From Callorhinchus milii (lineage: Eukaryota), in the NCBI RefSeq assembly GCF_018977255.1, contig NW_024704743.1, positions 65,164,001 to 65,228,000 of the forward strand: 64,000 nt of DNA. Reading direction: 5' to 3'. The notes under the pieces are model-generated. The model was not told the DNA's origin, searched no databases, and saw only the letters and a program-made list of their open reading frames with translations. Shown piece after piece: positions 38,380 to 51,712 of this stretch (the first letter of the stretch is position 1; every line of letters begins with the position of its first letter). The translations under genes and the position numbers were made by a program.

Positions 38380-38655
38380 AAGCAGGAAGATTGCCAAACA
38401 GTGGTCTCAATGGCAAAATCAGTGGTTTCAGCTGCTTAAACTCCATCAGTACCCCAAACCACTGGGGTCCCTAAGCCTTGGCTCTCACAGACCAGTGCCT
38501 AATACTCTCGAAATAGCTGAGAACACAAATTCCATTCCAGACCTGGAGATTTCCATGTGTAGTTGGGATGCATGGAACTGTAAGTCTGGTTTGGATACTT
38601 TTAAACATGCTGATCGGCATTCACATGTGTCAGACACTCAGCAGACCAAAAAAAC
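38380..38655 (-). repeat. Family X, 5' part
   Basis: ctggggtccctaagccttggctc...tctggtttggatac...catgtgtcagacac...gaccaaaaaa. Confidence 0.72.
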
Positions 38656-40249
38656 TATAAAGAGAAAAAGTTGTATTCCACAAACTCATCACCACTATGT
38701 TCTGTACAAAGTTTTGCAATTCAACCTATTTATGATATAAGCTTGGGTGCTTCATAAAATGTAAGGATTATTATAATTGAAAACTGAAAGAGGAACAGTA
38801 CTCTGAATGTATTAATGATAAATATGTTATTTCAGAGGTATTCACAAGTGCCTCAACGACAAGAACATTTTTGTTTGACAGGTGGTTTATTTTTAATTTA
38901 ATTATTGTATTTTAATAAAAACATGATTCAGATTTTTTGGCTGAAGTAATTTAGTCGTGATAGCACAGGAGCTTTATAACCTAAGTCATCAAGGCAGCTG
39001 CCAACAGTCTCAGGACACATGTCCTCATGCTATCAGCAGCTCCAGTGTTTCAGTAATGCTTTTCTGATGAGCAATCATCAGGAGTGAAAATAAAATCAAC
39101 ACTTTTTTTTCCCTTAAATGAAGAGTTAAAACGAATGTTCAACAAACACTCTGAAATCTATTCAAAATAGTTTTTGAGTACTGCAATCTGAACTGGTTTT
39201 ATTAAAGCCTGTTAAGTGTGAAAAGCGACGCAGCTGATAATGACTTAGTAACAATCTGACTGATGCATTTCCATCTTTAAATGTGATCATATTTCTTTGC
39301 TAAAATAGGACCCATCAGATGCATGATTCTAATAGCTGGTCAGGGAGAGGCAGCTTTGGAATCCATCTCCCTAAAAGGACTGCCATATTTACGACTGCAA
39401 TACAGTAACATACTGCAATTCTATCCGTCTCTCTTACGTAGCTCGGTGCTGGGATTGCACGATAAATCACTGTTACTTCACATCAAGGAGGTTGCAAGAA
39501 CCAAAAGATAATTTTGTTCTTTGCTGCCTAGAGTGAGCAGCAGCTTCATATTTACACAACAGACTGTAACCATGGTGCCCTGCAAGGCCTGCAAGATACA
39601 AGCCCAAAATACTGAAAGAGAATTTGGGGAGTGTTTTGAAAGAACATTTCTTGCAGCTAAAAATATTGGATTAGCAAAGTGAATTAGCCCTGTTATATAA
39701 CTATATATAAAAAAAATCTGAACTCTATACATTTACTACAGTAAGTACTGATTGTTCAGCAGAGCTTAAAACATTTAATGAGAAGAAATAATCTCTATCA
39801 ATAAACATTCCTTTCATAGAAAAGGTGCACAGATCAGGGCACTGGCCGCTTTGTCTAATATTTGGCAAAAATATCCTTAGTTGGAAGATTTACAGCATTT
39901 TCCTCTGATCCTCAAACTGCAGAATCACAATCTGACTTTGCAATGTAACTCAGATTCCAATTCTGTTTAGTCATTTTTCAGATAACAACTTCACAATTCC
40001 AGCCACACAGAACTCCATGTTCCACAGTATCTTAACATCTCCATCTATACTTACAAACCAACTTCCCACCCCTTTCCATAGACCAGTAGAGGAATCTCTC
40101 ATGAATGTTCTCGTTGCTGCTGTAGAATCACTGGTGTCAAAAAGAGCATCTGCCAAAGCTAGTTTCAACTTTTTGTAGAATGACTAGAGGCATTTTTCAA
40201 AGATTCAGAAGCCTCACATGGTAAGGAGTTCTACATTCACAAAAAACAA

Positions 40250-40545
40250 TAATCAGTAACTAGACGGCATCAATTTAAGATAGTTAGCAAACAAGCAAAT
40301 GAGGAGGTTCAGAGATTTTTTTTCACTCACGTTGTAGTTAGGCTATGGAATGCTTGGTGCAGCATTCGTAATGCAGCTTTCAAAATGGAACTAATTCAAT
40401 ATCTAAAAAAGAGATAACTACAGGGGTATGAGGAAAGGGTAGGGACGTGGGACTAGAAGGAATGGAAGAAGCTCTTAAAAGAGCCAACACAGACACAATA
40501 GACCGAACAACCTTCTTCTGTGCTGTAATTTCTACGGTTCTTTGG
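40250..40545 (+). mobile_element. CR1 3' end
   Basis: tagacggcatcaatttaagatag...ttttttcactc...tggaatgc...gagccaacacagacacaatagaccgaacaaccttcttctgtgctgta. Confidence 0.75.
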
Positions 40546-43149
40546 TTCTAATTGGGAAACCGGGATGAGCTCTGGTCCAGATAGTTGCGCTTAAGTCCAC
40601 GGCAATTGTGTCCTGACACGTTGCTGATTCAAGGGACGTAAGTGCCGTCTCGGACAACGTTAGACCCAAAGTGGTTACTGCCCCACAGACCTCTGACACG
40701 GCTGCAGAAACAGGCTGCCCTTTTGCGTTTCTTGTATGTAGGCAGGTGCCGATATATCATTTTCGCATGCAAAATATACAGTCAATTCACTTTACAGTAT
40801 ATTCTGTGAAGCGCTTTGAGACGTCTAGAAGACGTGATAAGCCGCCATATCAAATCATATTATTATTATCATCTGCAGGAACACCTGCCTAAAGGACAGG
40901 TACATGTCCACCAAGGAGACCGTCGCCTCAGAGAAGGACCCAAATTGTTAGCGCACAACAGTAAACACACACACACCCAACACTGCACAACTCAATAAAC
41001 TGCTATTAATTTCACAATATTTATCATTGTTTGTGTCTAAATACAAGGTCCAGTTTTATAGAAGCCAGTCAAACAAAAGTCATGTAATAGGCAGCAAAAA
41101 TCTAAACGGGGATATTAAATGGCAATTTCATGACCGTAAGCTATGTAGGTTTGAAGGTAATATTACCGTGTTGCAGAGTTCATTAGAACGATTTGGCAAT
41201 GAAACCTTCTGGCACCATGTATAGTGTGTGACTTCCTGCCTTCAATAACTGACTGGCCAGGACTGAGGCTGCTCAGGTACATGCACTGAGAGCCTGGCAG
41301 CAGAATGCTGAGCTTACATCCTTCAGTTATTAATTTTGCAGACTGCCATCTCTGGCGGACTCCCTGTCTTTGTGGCTGGCCACTGCTGAAACTTGCCTGA
41401 ACAGTTTTCAAAATATATTCACAGGAAGAAACAAATATCAGCACTGAGGGAGATGGAGGCAGGTTAGCAGGATAACTTACTGTGTGTGAAGAGGTGCAGC
41501 TCAAGTGCTACCTGTCCATTCACTTCAGTGGGATTTGTGACATATCCTTTAATGGCATCTTGTCAAACACAGCAGACTCAGAGGTCAGTACTCTGAGTGT
41601 TCCTTATTTATGGATTTGTGTTGCTATTGCTATTCTGGATATTAATAGTTACAGCGTGTGTAAATTAGCATAATGGTTTGTGAACAGTAAATAAGCAGCA
41701 TGTACGCACAGTGAATTTAGTCTACAAAGAAGTACCTGGTATACTGCAAATTGGGGTGTTTACATTTGGGAGGACTTCCTCCTACAACAATGCAGCCAAA
41801 GTAACTTGGATGAAGTTTGCAAGCAACTCGGCAATACCGCTGCATCCTTAAATTGGTTTGTTTTCTCCCATGCTTACCAACCTTTTCATGGAGTTTTGGA
41901 GGGGTAGGAATAGCCGAAGGAGCAGCAAATTATTTATTAGAATGATCTCTGAGATTCTCCCCTTTTTAAGCATCTCGTCTAAGCAATTGCCTACAAAACA
42001 CATGGTCACGACACTTTGCAGTAAATCTTGTGAAGTGTTTTCAGATATCCTCCATTACTTTAATCAAATGTAAGGATTATCAGTATGTTAATATTGTCTC
42101 TTAAATAAACATCAAGGCCAATGTTGGGGGCTATTATCTCCTAAACAGTTTTTTTAAATATATTGGCAATATGTTTTATTCTGATATGAACTGTGGAGTA
42201 CAAATTGCTCCTAAAGATAGAGTTAATTATAAATGGATTTACTATTAGGTTCATTTAATTTATGACAGGGACATGAGATATGGTGCTGGCTATCTCGGCT
42301 CTTTGTTATTGCCAAGAAAATCTCTTGCCAAGGCAATGAGAAACCACCCTGGCATCCAAAGGCTAAACGTGGGAGGCAGGGAGTACAAGCTATATTTATA
42401 TTCTTTTGGTCTTGCACAATCTCGACAGAGAAGTCACTTGAAGAACGTGTTGAGCTGCAGTAAAAAAGTAAACCGGAGTGTCCAAATTAAATCAGAATTA
42501 TTACTCCAGACTGGGTACAATGGGATCAACCTGAAAGCCATTGTTTAAAATATTTGGCAGTACTTGTTGTACCTCATGCTAGTATCAAAGCCATGTGTTG
42601 GCCCCTAATTCAGGAACCAAACATTGAATGAATTATTATCAGTATATGGAAAAAAAAACTTGTGCCAGTTCAACAGAGCTCAAATATTCTAGGAGAGGCA
42701 AACATCTTCCAGCAAGTGGGAAACAGCACAATGCAATCCCCCACAGATTTTAACAGCGTGTGTGCACTTAGGAGTTCTAAACAGGTGACTCTGTTAAGTT
42801 CCTTTTAGAACTGGTTGACTCACCCATATTACGTGGAAGCACCCACACTTACATCAAACCTTCGGCAATGAATAACACCTGGAATGTCTTAGACACTTAA
42901 CCGTGAACATCTCCACCAAAATCCCTTTCCACAACAACAACAGCACCTTGCATTTATATAGGGGCTTCACGTGGGGTAGTATCCCGCAGCGTTTGCACGT
43001 GAGGACAGATAAAAAGCACATTAGCATTGTACAGCAGCTTTATTTTGATATTTTGCAGAATAATTGTTTCTTATTCTAGACAGAAAATGTAGTATTGATT
43101 ATAGCACATTTTGGTGTTCCGTTGCAAAAACTGCAAGAGTCTACAATAA

Positions 43150-43562
43150 AATGATAATAATAGTCCTTGCATTTGATATAGTGCCTTGTTCCGAACATCG
43201 AAACATCTCAAAGCATTTCACTAATTTACCATAGTTGTAGAGTGACTGTGTATCTTGTAGGTGAGCATAACAACCAATTTACACTTAGTGATTTTCTCCA
43301 AAACGCACAATTTTATTTTGGGGATTGTTGACACTGGCAAAAACTCCCTTCTCTTTTCAAGTAGTTCCAGGTGATATTAAATGTACACCTGAACAGGGAG
43401 ACAGGACATCGGTTCAATATCTCATCCAAAGGATAGCACCTCTGACACTGCAGGACACACCCAGCATTGCACTGGAGTGTCAGCCTTGACTGTAAGATCA
43501 GTGGGACTTGAAACCAAAATCTTCTCTGAGGCGAAAGCGTTACCGCCTGAACCAGGCTGACA
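43150..43562 (-). mobile_element. DeuSINE, near full length
   Basis: Reverse tail, Deu domain (cacctgaacagggagac...atctcatccaaaggatagcacctctgacactgca) and head ending gaaccaggctgaca. Confidence 0.8.
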
Positions 43563-44065
43563 GGTTGTAGGCTCTGAATACAATTTTGGGCAACCTTTGA
43601 AAAGTGAAAAACATCCAATTGCTATTGTTTTGGGCAGATATTTCAAGTCACACCACAGAGCAGACCATTCTTAATTACAATATTCAGGCAAATAATGGGC
43701 TACATTTCTGATCTCCACTGGAGAGTGACGTGAGATTATGTTTATATGCGTACACTGTGACCCAGAAACCTTTTTAAATGCATTGCATTCTCAAGTAATT
43801 AACCTTACTTTTTTGGCACAAATAACTGAGATGTTTAACAACAAAAGCATATAAACTAACAGCTACAATAATTAATCAAAGTCTAGAAAGGTTCCTGTTA
43901 GCACATGGGGTACTTGGAACAATCCATGCCAAGTGGGATTTAAAGAATGCTACAATTCCTCAGTACAAAGATCATGAATTAGTTCTTCCATTGGCTCATT
44001 GGGCACCACCCTATTAATACTTGGTCAGTCACTGATCTAAGTCAGGATGCTACAATTATTATGCT

Positions 44066-44505
44066 GGACAATAACAACAAATTACATTTATATAGCACCT
44101 TTCACGTCGGAAGGTCATCCTAAGATTTGCACCCTTAACCATCCAGAGGTTGGAATCAAGAGAGATGGAGGGTAGGGAGGATAGAGTTCGGAGTGTGGCC
44201 GAAGACAAAGGTCTTGAGATGGGCCTTGAAGGAGGTGAGGGAGGGGGCAAGGAGGAGGATGGATTTGGGATGGAGTTCCAGAGGGCGGGGGCAGAAAATC
44301 TGAAGGCCCAACCGCCAATGGCATTGGAAATGGATCAGGCCAGTGCACATCGAACAGAGGGAGCGGGAAGGTTGGTTTGATGTTAAGAGGTCGCAAAGAT
44401 AGGGAGCAAGTTTGTGGAGGGCTTTAAAAGTGAGGACAAGGATTTTAAACTCAATCCTCTGAGGGATGGGGAGCCTTGGAGCCGGGCGAGGATGGGGGTG
44501 ATCGG
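44066..44505 (-). mobile_element. L2 3' fragment
   Basis: PITPILARL and SFKAHLKTFVF motifs; L2 tail. Confidence 0.85.
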
Positions 44506-46364
44506 TTTACAATCACTTGAAATGCACTTGAAAGCCCTGGATTTGAGGGGTGGGGTGAGGGGGGGAATCAACCAGGATTCCTCAATGCCTATCGAATGAC
44601 CCCTCCTGGAAAGTTCACTTGTATAAATGTCAGATGGGTACAAGATAGTGAACGCCTCCCACAATCTAAGAGCCTGCCAACACTAACCATCTAGGGTGAC
44701 ACATGAAGAACTTAGGAACAGGAGTAAACCATTCAACTGGCCCAACTCGCTTTGACCTTTTATTAGATCTTATCATTCTAACCTTTTCTCCAAGCATTTT
44801 TATAAATGTACTTCTCAAGCTAGCATCCCTCTGGACCTTGCCCAAGTTCCTATTCCCTTTTTTGTCACAGGGCCAATTATAGCATCACACTGCTTCTCTG
44901 GCTGAAATTACAGCAGTGATTGAACCCACAGCATCTTTATAGTTTATGGTTCTGTGTCACGCTATGCCATGAAAAGGAACCTCCCACTTCATCATTCAGT
45001 GAACATTTGGTTACATCTTTATAAAGTGAAATCTCAGAAGCGATAAGCCTATGATATACCCTTTAATATAACTGCAAAGTCGGGGCTTGGAATGACAGTA
45101 GTTAGAAGTCTATGATTAAATGAGCACTGACGATTGCTGCTTTATAATCACCAACGAAACAGTGTTGTCAAAGCAAAACAATGCGAAGGTAGAAGTGTAG
45201 ATCAACATGCCATTAACAAATACACCAAGCAAGGTCACAGGATAAAAATAAAAAGCAATTCACTGATCCATGATCAAGCTGTTGGTGGTAAAACAATGTC
45301 ACAATTCAGCTGCAGTATTAACAACTGGTAGAAGAAAAAAGAAAGCTTTATAAAAACATTAAACTACTTACATTGATCTTTTGGTGAGGACTTCAATGCT
45401 GCCAGTACATTCAACTTGATTCCAAAACTCAGGGGGTTTAATATACCATAGATTGAACAATCACTGCTGTGCCACACGCCCTAATCTACCATTCCCATCT
45501 CCTTCATTCTCATCAAGTGAATCATTTTAAACACAACTGGAAAAATACTTGAAGGAAACTATTAATGGGTATGAGGAAAGAGCAGAGTAATGGAATTAGA
45601 GTAGAAATCTCCGATAAGGGAGCTCGCACCAGCAAAACACGATGGGGAAAGAACAGTGAAATGGGTCTTTTTCTAAGCTGTAAACATGTTATGAATCTAC
45701 AACCATTACTTTTGGAATGGTGATTGATCAGCGACTTTTTAAATATTAGTGTTTTTGCTCATTTTTCCAAGTAAAATCTGATTATAGACTGTAAAGGCAG
45801 GCACTGGTGCCCATGATAATACAAAATAGTCTGACCTAGCATACAATTTTACTTAACCTGATTTAACCCGTGTAACTATCCTTTCATGTTCAGTCTCTCA
45901 TAAACTAAGTAACTCTGACAACTTCAGGGACTGGCCTGAACTGTGTGGGAAGAGTGGAGAGAAACATAGCTTTCCAGAGAAAGTGAAAATTGAAAATGCT
46001 TAAATCATTGAACGAAATTATCCCTCCTCTCATTACAAAGTGTGCATGTGAAAGTTGGGAGTCTTTTACTCAGCAAATAGCCCGACAGCAAACCACAGCA
46101 GTACCCACCCATATAAACAGTTAAATTTAAACACATCATCACTCCACTGGTTACTAAAACAGGATGAGCCCAAGGAAGTGTGGCCCAAATCAACTAACTG
46201 TGCTGCTCTGGATTAGTCACTTTGGATTCACGTTACAAGTAAAACACATGACTGAGAGGCATGGTGAGCCTATAGATGGATTCAGTAAAAAAATATTAAA
46301 CAGCAACTAATCACGGTGTGTAGCATTGACACCAGTGTCAGTTTAGTTTGTGCACAGCTATAAC

Positions 46365-47837
46365 CTGGGCCAATAGAGAAGTGCGAGTGCACCTTTTCCG
46401 TTACAACGACCCCCACCCCACCCCCTACAAACCCCCTACAAACAGCCCCTCAGCTGCTAACCTTTACACGCAGTGCGCTAGGGCCCAGGCCTCTCGTGCT
46501 GTTTGCTCGACCTCGCTACCGTGGCCGGAGCAGCGCCGATCGCACATGTGCAGCGCGGTGAATTTGGGGAACGCAGAAGTGGCATTTGGCGGCAAATCGA
46601 CTTCGCTAGTGAGTAAATCTCGGTAGGAAAAGCAGCTGCATCACCACATCACACTACCAGCGACAAATTCCTGGTAAGTGCTGTACTGTTCAAATTAAAA
46701 TTGGTAGTATTTTAAACATAACTACATTTTCTGGAAATATATACCTACAGTTTTAATCCAGGCTGTTTGACGTTTTAGGTTGTACAATACAAAAATGTCC
46801 AAACATTTTTGTAAATCCCGTGAGGAAGCCAAGGGGCAGCTCGTCTCATTTTCCGTCTGTCCCTCAGATAGAATTGCACTCTATCCAGATGACCTTTATG
46901 AAGGGGGGCAGTTGCTTTGCCACGTTTGCTGTCACACAATTGACCGTGTTCCCAAGTGCACTATTGATGAACACGGGAAATCTCGGAAACATTGTGAACG
47001 CAAGGCAGCAGCAATAAAGAAAAAAATTGAAGATAAAATACTATTGATGTATATATTAAATGAAATTGTATCATTATTTGCTTCTACTTTATTGAAAGAA
47101 AATCTTAATTTGTATGATTACAAAAGTTAATCTCCCTCCTTTCTGATTGAATTTTAAACCCAACATAAAACAACCACAGCAAACAAAAAATAGACAGAAC
47201 ATTTCTAACGATAATTGCATCATGAAGATCAATTTTCATTTTTATTTTCTAGGTGGATCTGGACCTCAAAGACAACTTGCTCTGACCGCCTGCTTCTCTA
47301 GAGCCACTGCATCATCTATGGAGAGGAAAGAATTCATATTTGACTTTGTGTGGTGTTTGACTAGAGCAGACATACCATTTGAAAAAGCTCCTGCCTTCCA
47401 AATGTTTCTATGAAGGTACACAAACAGGGAAGGATTATTCCAACGCCATCACAGCTCCGTAATACATACTTGAAGGAGCTTATTCCTGAGCATGAAGCAT
47501 TTTTGAAGAAACTTGTTGAGGACACGGATGTGTACTTGTTCCTGGATGAAACCACTGATTGAAATTGCACTTTTGCATCTTTTGAAAGGTGACATGTTGT
47601 TTTTGTTAAAGAAAACATTAATAAATTGTTTTTTCCCAATAATCTATATGTTATTTCTTCCTGTTTAGTTTTTAAAAATGAGAAAACAGAAAGCATGTAG
47701 GTTAGCAGCAAAATGTGCCTCTCAATAGCACCAATCATCCCCCGCATTTTTCCACAAAATGTAGCAAACCCCTCTGCAAAATCCATAAAGCACTCCGCAA
47801 TTTTTGTAAGTATTTCTGGACTTTTCTATTGGCTCAG
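46365..47837 (+). mobile_element. hAT-superfamily DNA transposon relic with CGGBP1-like transposase, internally deleted
   Basis: TIRs CTGGGCCAATAGAGAAGT and ACTTTTCTATTGGCTCAG; transposase remnant inside; shares both ends with 24300-24994. Confidence 0.85.
46795..47562 (+). pseudogene. CGGBP1-like hAT transposase pseudogene (inferred exons 46795-47032 and 47253-47562)
   Basis: Exon A: VCPSDRIALYPDDLYEGGQLLCHVCCHTIDRVPKCTIDEHGKSRKH (CxxC...HxxSxxH zinc finger like CGGBP1). Exon B: QLALTACF...FIFDFVWCLTRADIPFEKA...FL*, frameshift, IIPTPSQLRNTYL...VYLFLDETTD*. Confidence 0.85.
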
Positions 47838-49289
47838 AATGAAACCTGGGGAATCTGTGCTTTGATAAGTTTTATGCCTGCACTGAAGGAATACCATACT
47901 GTTCCAGTAGGTGGTAGTGAGAGCGAGTTCACAACAGAACGTGAAAATGTCACAGAAAGGGAGTGGTCGAAGGGGGAAAAAATGACAGTCAAAAGGAAAC
48001 TTCTAGATAATGAGATTATTTTTCTGCAGAATTTTCTTCAACCGGTATCTTGAGGTGACTAGCACAAGAATAACGAGCATAAATCCAGGCCAGAAAACTA
48101 AACAAATTAGAAATGCGGTCAAGCAGAATCAGGTTTGGATCAGTAAAACATGGGTTGACTTCAGGATTTTACTTTACAAATACAGCAATGGCTTTTATGG
48201 GCAGAAACTCAGTGTTGCCCACTCCCTCGTGAGAAATGTGGAAACACACTTACAGAAAAACAATATACTGTACATTACAACACAGGGTCCGTCTGCACTT
48301 CGCATTGTCTCTTTGAGGTTAGAAAATGGTACGATTTAATTTGCGTGAATGAAATAAATGTTTACACATCATTCCGCCAAATAAGAATAATGTTGCTTAA
48401 ATACCTGCTGCTCAGGCAACATATCGAATTGTAATATTTGCTGTTCATCCAAAAAAATCATCCACTAGAGACCTGCAGCCACTGTCACTTCCGATGCCTG
48501 TGCCATTTGGGAGGGTGCCTAGTCAGTCAGTCTTCATCAGATTCATTCCAGTACCACTGCAGTTAATCTCAGTTCTTTTCCTTTCCTCAGGCACCCAAAC
48601 AACCTCAATATACCTCCCCAGCCTATTCTTTGTGAAATAAAGCAATACTCCTTGAAACAACAATCCTTGACAAGACCATAGCCCTATAGCACCTTTCATG
48701 TCGGGAGGATGTCTCAAACCATTTTAGAAGATTCAGTGTAAAGTGTAGTGACTGTGAATTTTGGCGGCGAGCACAGCAGCCAATGTATCCACATTGGCAA
48801 TTTCGCACAAACAGCCACGATGTGGCTTCATTCCCAAGTGACCTCTCGTGGCCTTGCTTTATATTTGTTTTACTTGTCAATCTGCTCCCACCCGTCCTCC
48901 TCTCCTGAAAACATTCTAACTGCTTTCCTGGTGTATGACTTCAGTCTCCATCCAGTACCTCACCCTGCGGGCAATTATTCATGTGTGAGCCTTGACAGCA
49001 ATTGTTGGCAAGCTCTTTGGCAGAGGAGTTCACAACCAAGCCTTTCTTCATGTGACCTGACATGTGTTGCAACTCCACTTTTGGTCACTCTTCTTGGAAA
49101 TCAGAAGCAGGATTTGAATTCTCCTAATCCAGGCTACTGAAGCCATTTATAGCACCTCTCACACCCAGGTTGTGCTCAGATAACCAAATCAAGTATCCAA
49201 GTATTAACATTACCGATGGATGTTAGGGGGAGGATAGATTTTCTCATTGTAGCAGGTTAATGCTACTGAAACTCACATAATATATATAA

Positions 49290-49590
49290 CCTAACACTCC
49301 ATTGCAGGGCTGGAGTCAGTGGGGGGTGGGGGGGGGGGGGGGGGGTGCATTGTTGGAAGTGCTGCCCTTCAGATGAAATGTTCAACTGAAGACCCGTCTG
49401 CCTGTTCAGGTGGAGATTAAAGATCCCCTGGCACTATTTGAAAAGAGAATGGAGTTTCTCCCAGCGTCCTGGCCAACAATTCCCCACAAAATACACAGTC
49501 AAACCACTTTATAGAATATACTGTGAAGCGCTTTGGGATGTCCTCCCTGATGTGAAAGGCATTATATCAATTGCAATGATTATTATTAGT
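49290..49590 (+). mobile_element. DeuSINE fragment with an internal poly-G run
   Basis: cttcagatgaaatgttcaactg...gtctgcctgttcaggtggagattaaagatcccctggcactatttgaa; L2-like tail. Confidence 0.8.
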
Positions 49591-50951
49591 AGTTGTAACG
49601 CAGAGCAGGGTGTGGCACTGCGCTTTACATAGCAGAAAGGCCCAGGCTGAATGGAATGTGTATGGAGTTACCTGATCTCAGGCAAACATTGATTGGAAAG
49701 CTACATTGGCCTCAGTGTTCCAGAGTGGGGGTTGGGGGGGGGGAATAGCAGGAAAATCAATCCAATGCCTCACTTCTTCCTGACAAACTATCTTTGCACG
49801 TACATTGTATCCTTGCATTTGATTATACACCTATAATGTTGAAACATCTCAAAGATTTCACAGGTAACTACTGCAAAGTGAAGTGACTGTGCAGTTTCCA
49901 GCGCTCCAAGATGCTACCCCGCATGAAGGACGCTATATAAATGCAAGATGTTGCTGATGTATTTATACGCAAACATGGCAGCCAATTTGCACACAGTAAT
50001 GTGCCATAAATAAGAATGGTGTTAATGATCAATTTATCTGGGGGATTGTTGGCACAGTTACAATGAGAAACTCTCCTCCTTTTGAACCATGTAATGGGAT
50101 CCTTAACATACAACTGAACAGGTAGACAGAATCTTGGTTGTTTGAATGCATATTTGGGTGTTGGACAAGGATTGCGGCTCATCTGTGATTGCTCCCCTCC
50201 CCCCCTTCCCCATTGCCACATAGGGTACTGTCCAAGTTAGCAAGACCATAGCCCTGAAAGAGTCACTGCCTTCAGGATAGAGGAGAAATCAGATCCTGTG
50301 CCATTCCCGCTACTGTTAGTGTGCCAAGCCCAATACTGCACTTACCATCCAAAGGTTAACACTACAAGAGCCACAGAGTATTCATTCATTCGCAGCCGTC
50401 CCTTTAGGGGTCTCCAAAGCGTATAGCCAAACACAACAAACAAGGCTAACATTATGCTGACAGCAAGGTGGGCAGGGCATATTAAGAGCTAATATTTTCC
50501 ATACCAAAAGGAATGCAAAAGTGTGATGATCTGTGGAGTTGCAGCACACCCTGAGTAATTCTATCTAAATGACAGGGATGCAACCCTTCTTTCAACTGCT
50601 CCCTCCTCTCACCGAAACACTACATTAATGACGGCTTGAGGTAAACAGGGTACTTTGAACGACTGAAACAATAAATACCTGTAATAATCACATTTCACAT
50701 ACTGCTTATAACATCAAAATGTTTCAAAGGCAATTTAATAATAATAATCCTTGCATTTTGTCTTTAATTTGTTGCCAGGTGTAGTGATTGTGTATTTGTA
50801 CACAAACACAACAGTTAATTTGTACACAAGGTTCCACAAACAGTCAATTTGTGAATGATTCATGAATCCAGAAGACTGTTAGCCAGGACACAGGAATAAA
50901 CCCTCTCATTATGAATGTGTCATGGGATCTTTAACATTCCCTCGAACAGGT

Positions 50952-51525
50952 GGAGTCCTGTAGCTCAGTAGTTAGAGCACTCGACTCGCAAGCGAGAGAC
51001 ATGAGTTTGATTCCCGGTAGGGCAAAACGTTGGGCAAGTTTACTCCACATGCCTGTATATCTAGCAGTAAGTAATAATAATAATCCTTGCATTTGATATA
51101 GCGCTTTTCACGTCTTCTAGATGTCCCAAAGCACTTCACAGAATATACTGTAAAGTGAATTGACTGTATATTTGTGGACGAACGCGGCAGCCAATTGCGC
51201 ACAGCAATGACCCACAAACAGTCATGGATTGAAAATGAGCAATTTATTATTGGTTTTGTTTTGGAGGGATTATTATTAAGTAGAAACCTGGTTGTTAGTC
51301 AATTGGCGGATTGCTTTTCCAGGGGTAATAATTCCTTCAAAAAAATAACAACAATAAATTGGTCACTCAATCCACAACTTTCTGTGGGTCTCTGCTGCGC
51401 ACAATTGGTTGCCCCGTTTCACCCACAAAATATACACTTTACAATATATTCTGTGAAGCGCTTTGTGATGTCTCGAAGACGTGCTAAGGCGCTATATCAA
51501 ATGCAAGGATTATTATTATTATTAT
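50952..51525 (+). mobile_element. tRNA-Ala SINE, long form, interrupted
   Basis: Head with CGC anticodon loop; extra segment split at AAGTA; body and tail at 51326-51525. Confidence 0.88.
51074..51277 (-). mobile_element. 5'-truncated tRNA-Ala SINE inserted antisense in the long-form SINE
   Basis: AAGTA duplicated at 51069-51073 and 51278-51282. Confidence 0.88.
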
Positions 51526-51712
51526 GTGATATTGGTTTAACATCTCTTCCAAAAGACAGCACCTGACAATCCAGCACTCGCCCAGTACTGTAGTGCAGTG
51601 TCAGCCCGGACTGTGAACTAACTCACAGTCCTGCTACGAGGTTTGAAACCGCAACCTTCTGATCCAGCAGCGAGTCCTACCAGCTAAGCCAGCTCATACA
51701 TACATTCTATCA

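Larger units (their letters stand above)
50738..51695 (-). mobile_element. Old DeuSINE host of two nested SINEs
   Basis: Tail and Deu part at 50738-50951 continue colinearly at ~51530-51695. Confidence 0.7.

Noticed and set aside
46795..47562. Functional host CGGBP1 gene
   Set aside because: In-frame stop, frameshift, non-GT donor, flanking TIRs and a MITE relative mark it as a transposon relic.
46357..47845. 8-bp TSDs for the two hAT copies
   Set aside because: Flanks match only 4/8 (GCTATAAC/AATGAAAC; TGCATGAC/TTTCCGAC); suggestive of decayed TSDs ending in AC but not supportable.
49321..49345. Poly-G/poly-C runs (also 54448-54469, 58007-58021) as functional G-quadruplexes
   Set aside because: Mostly homopolymer expansions in or near decayed repeats; no evidence of function and lengths are error-prone.
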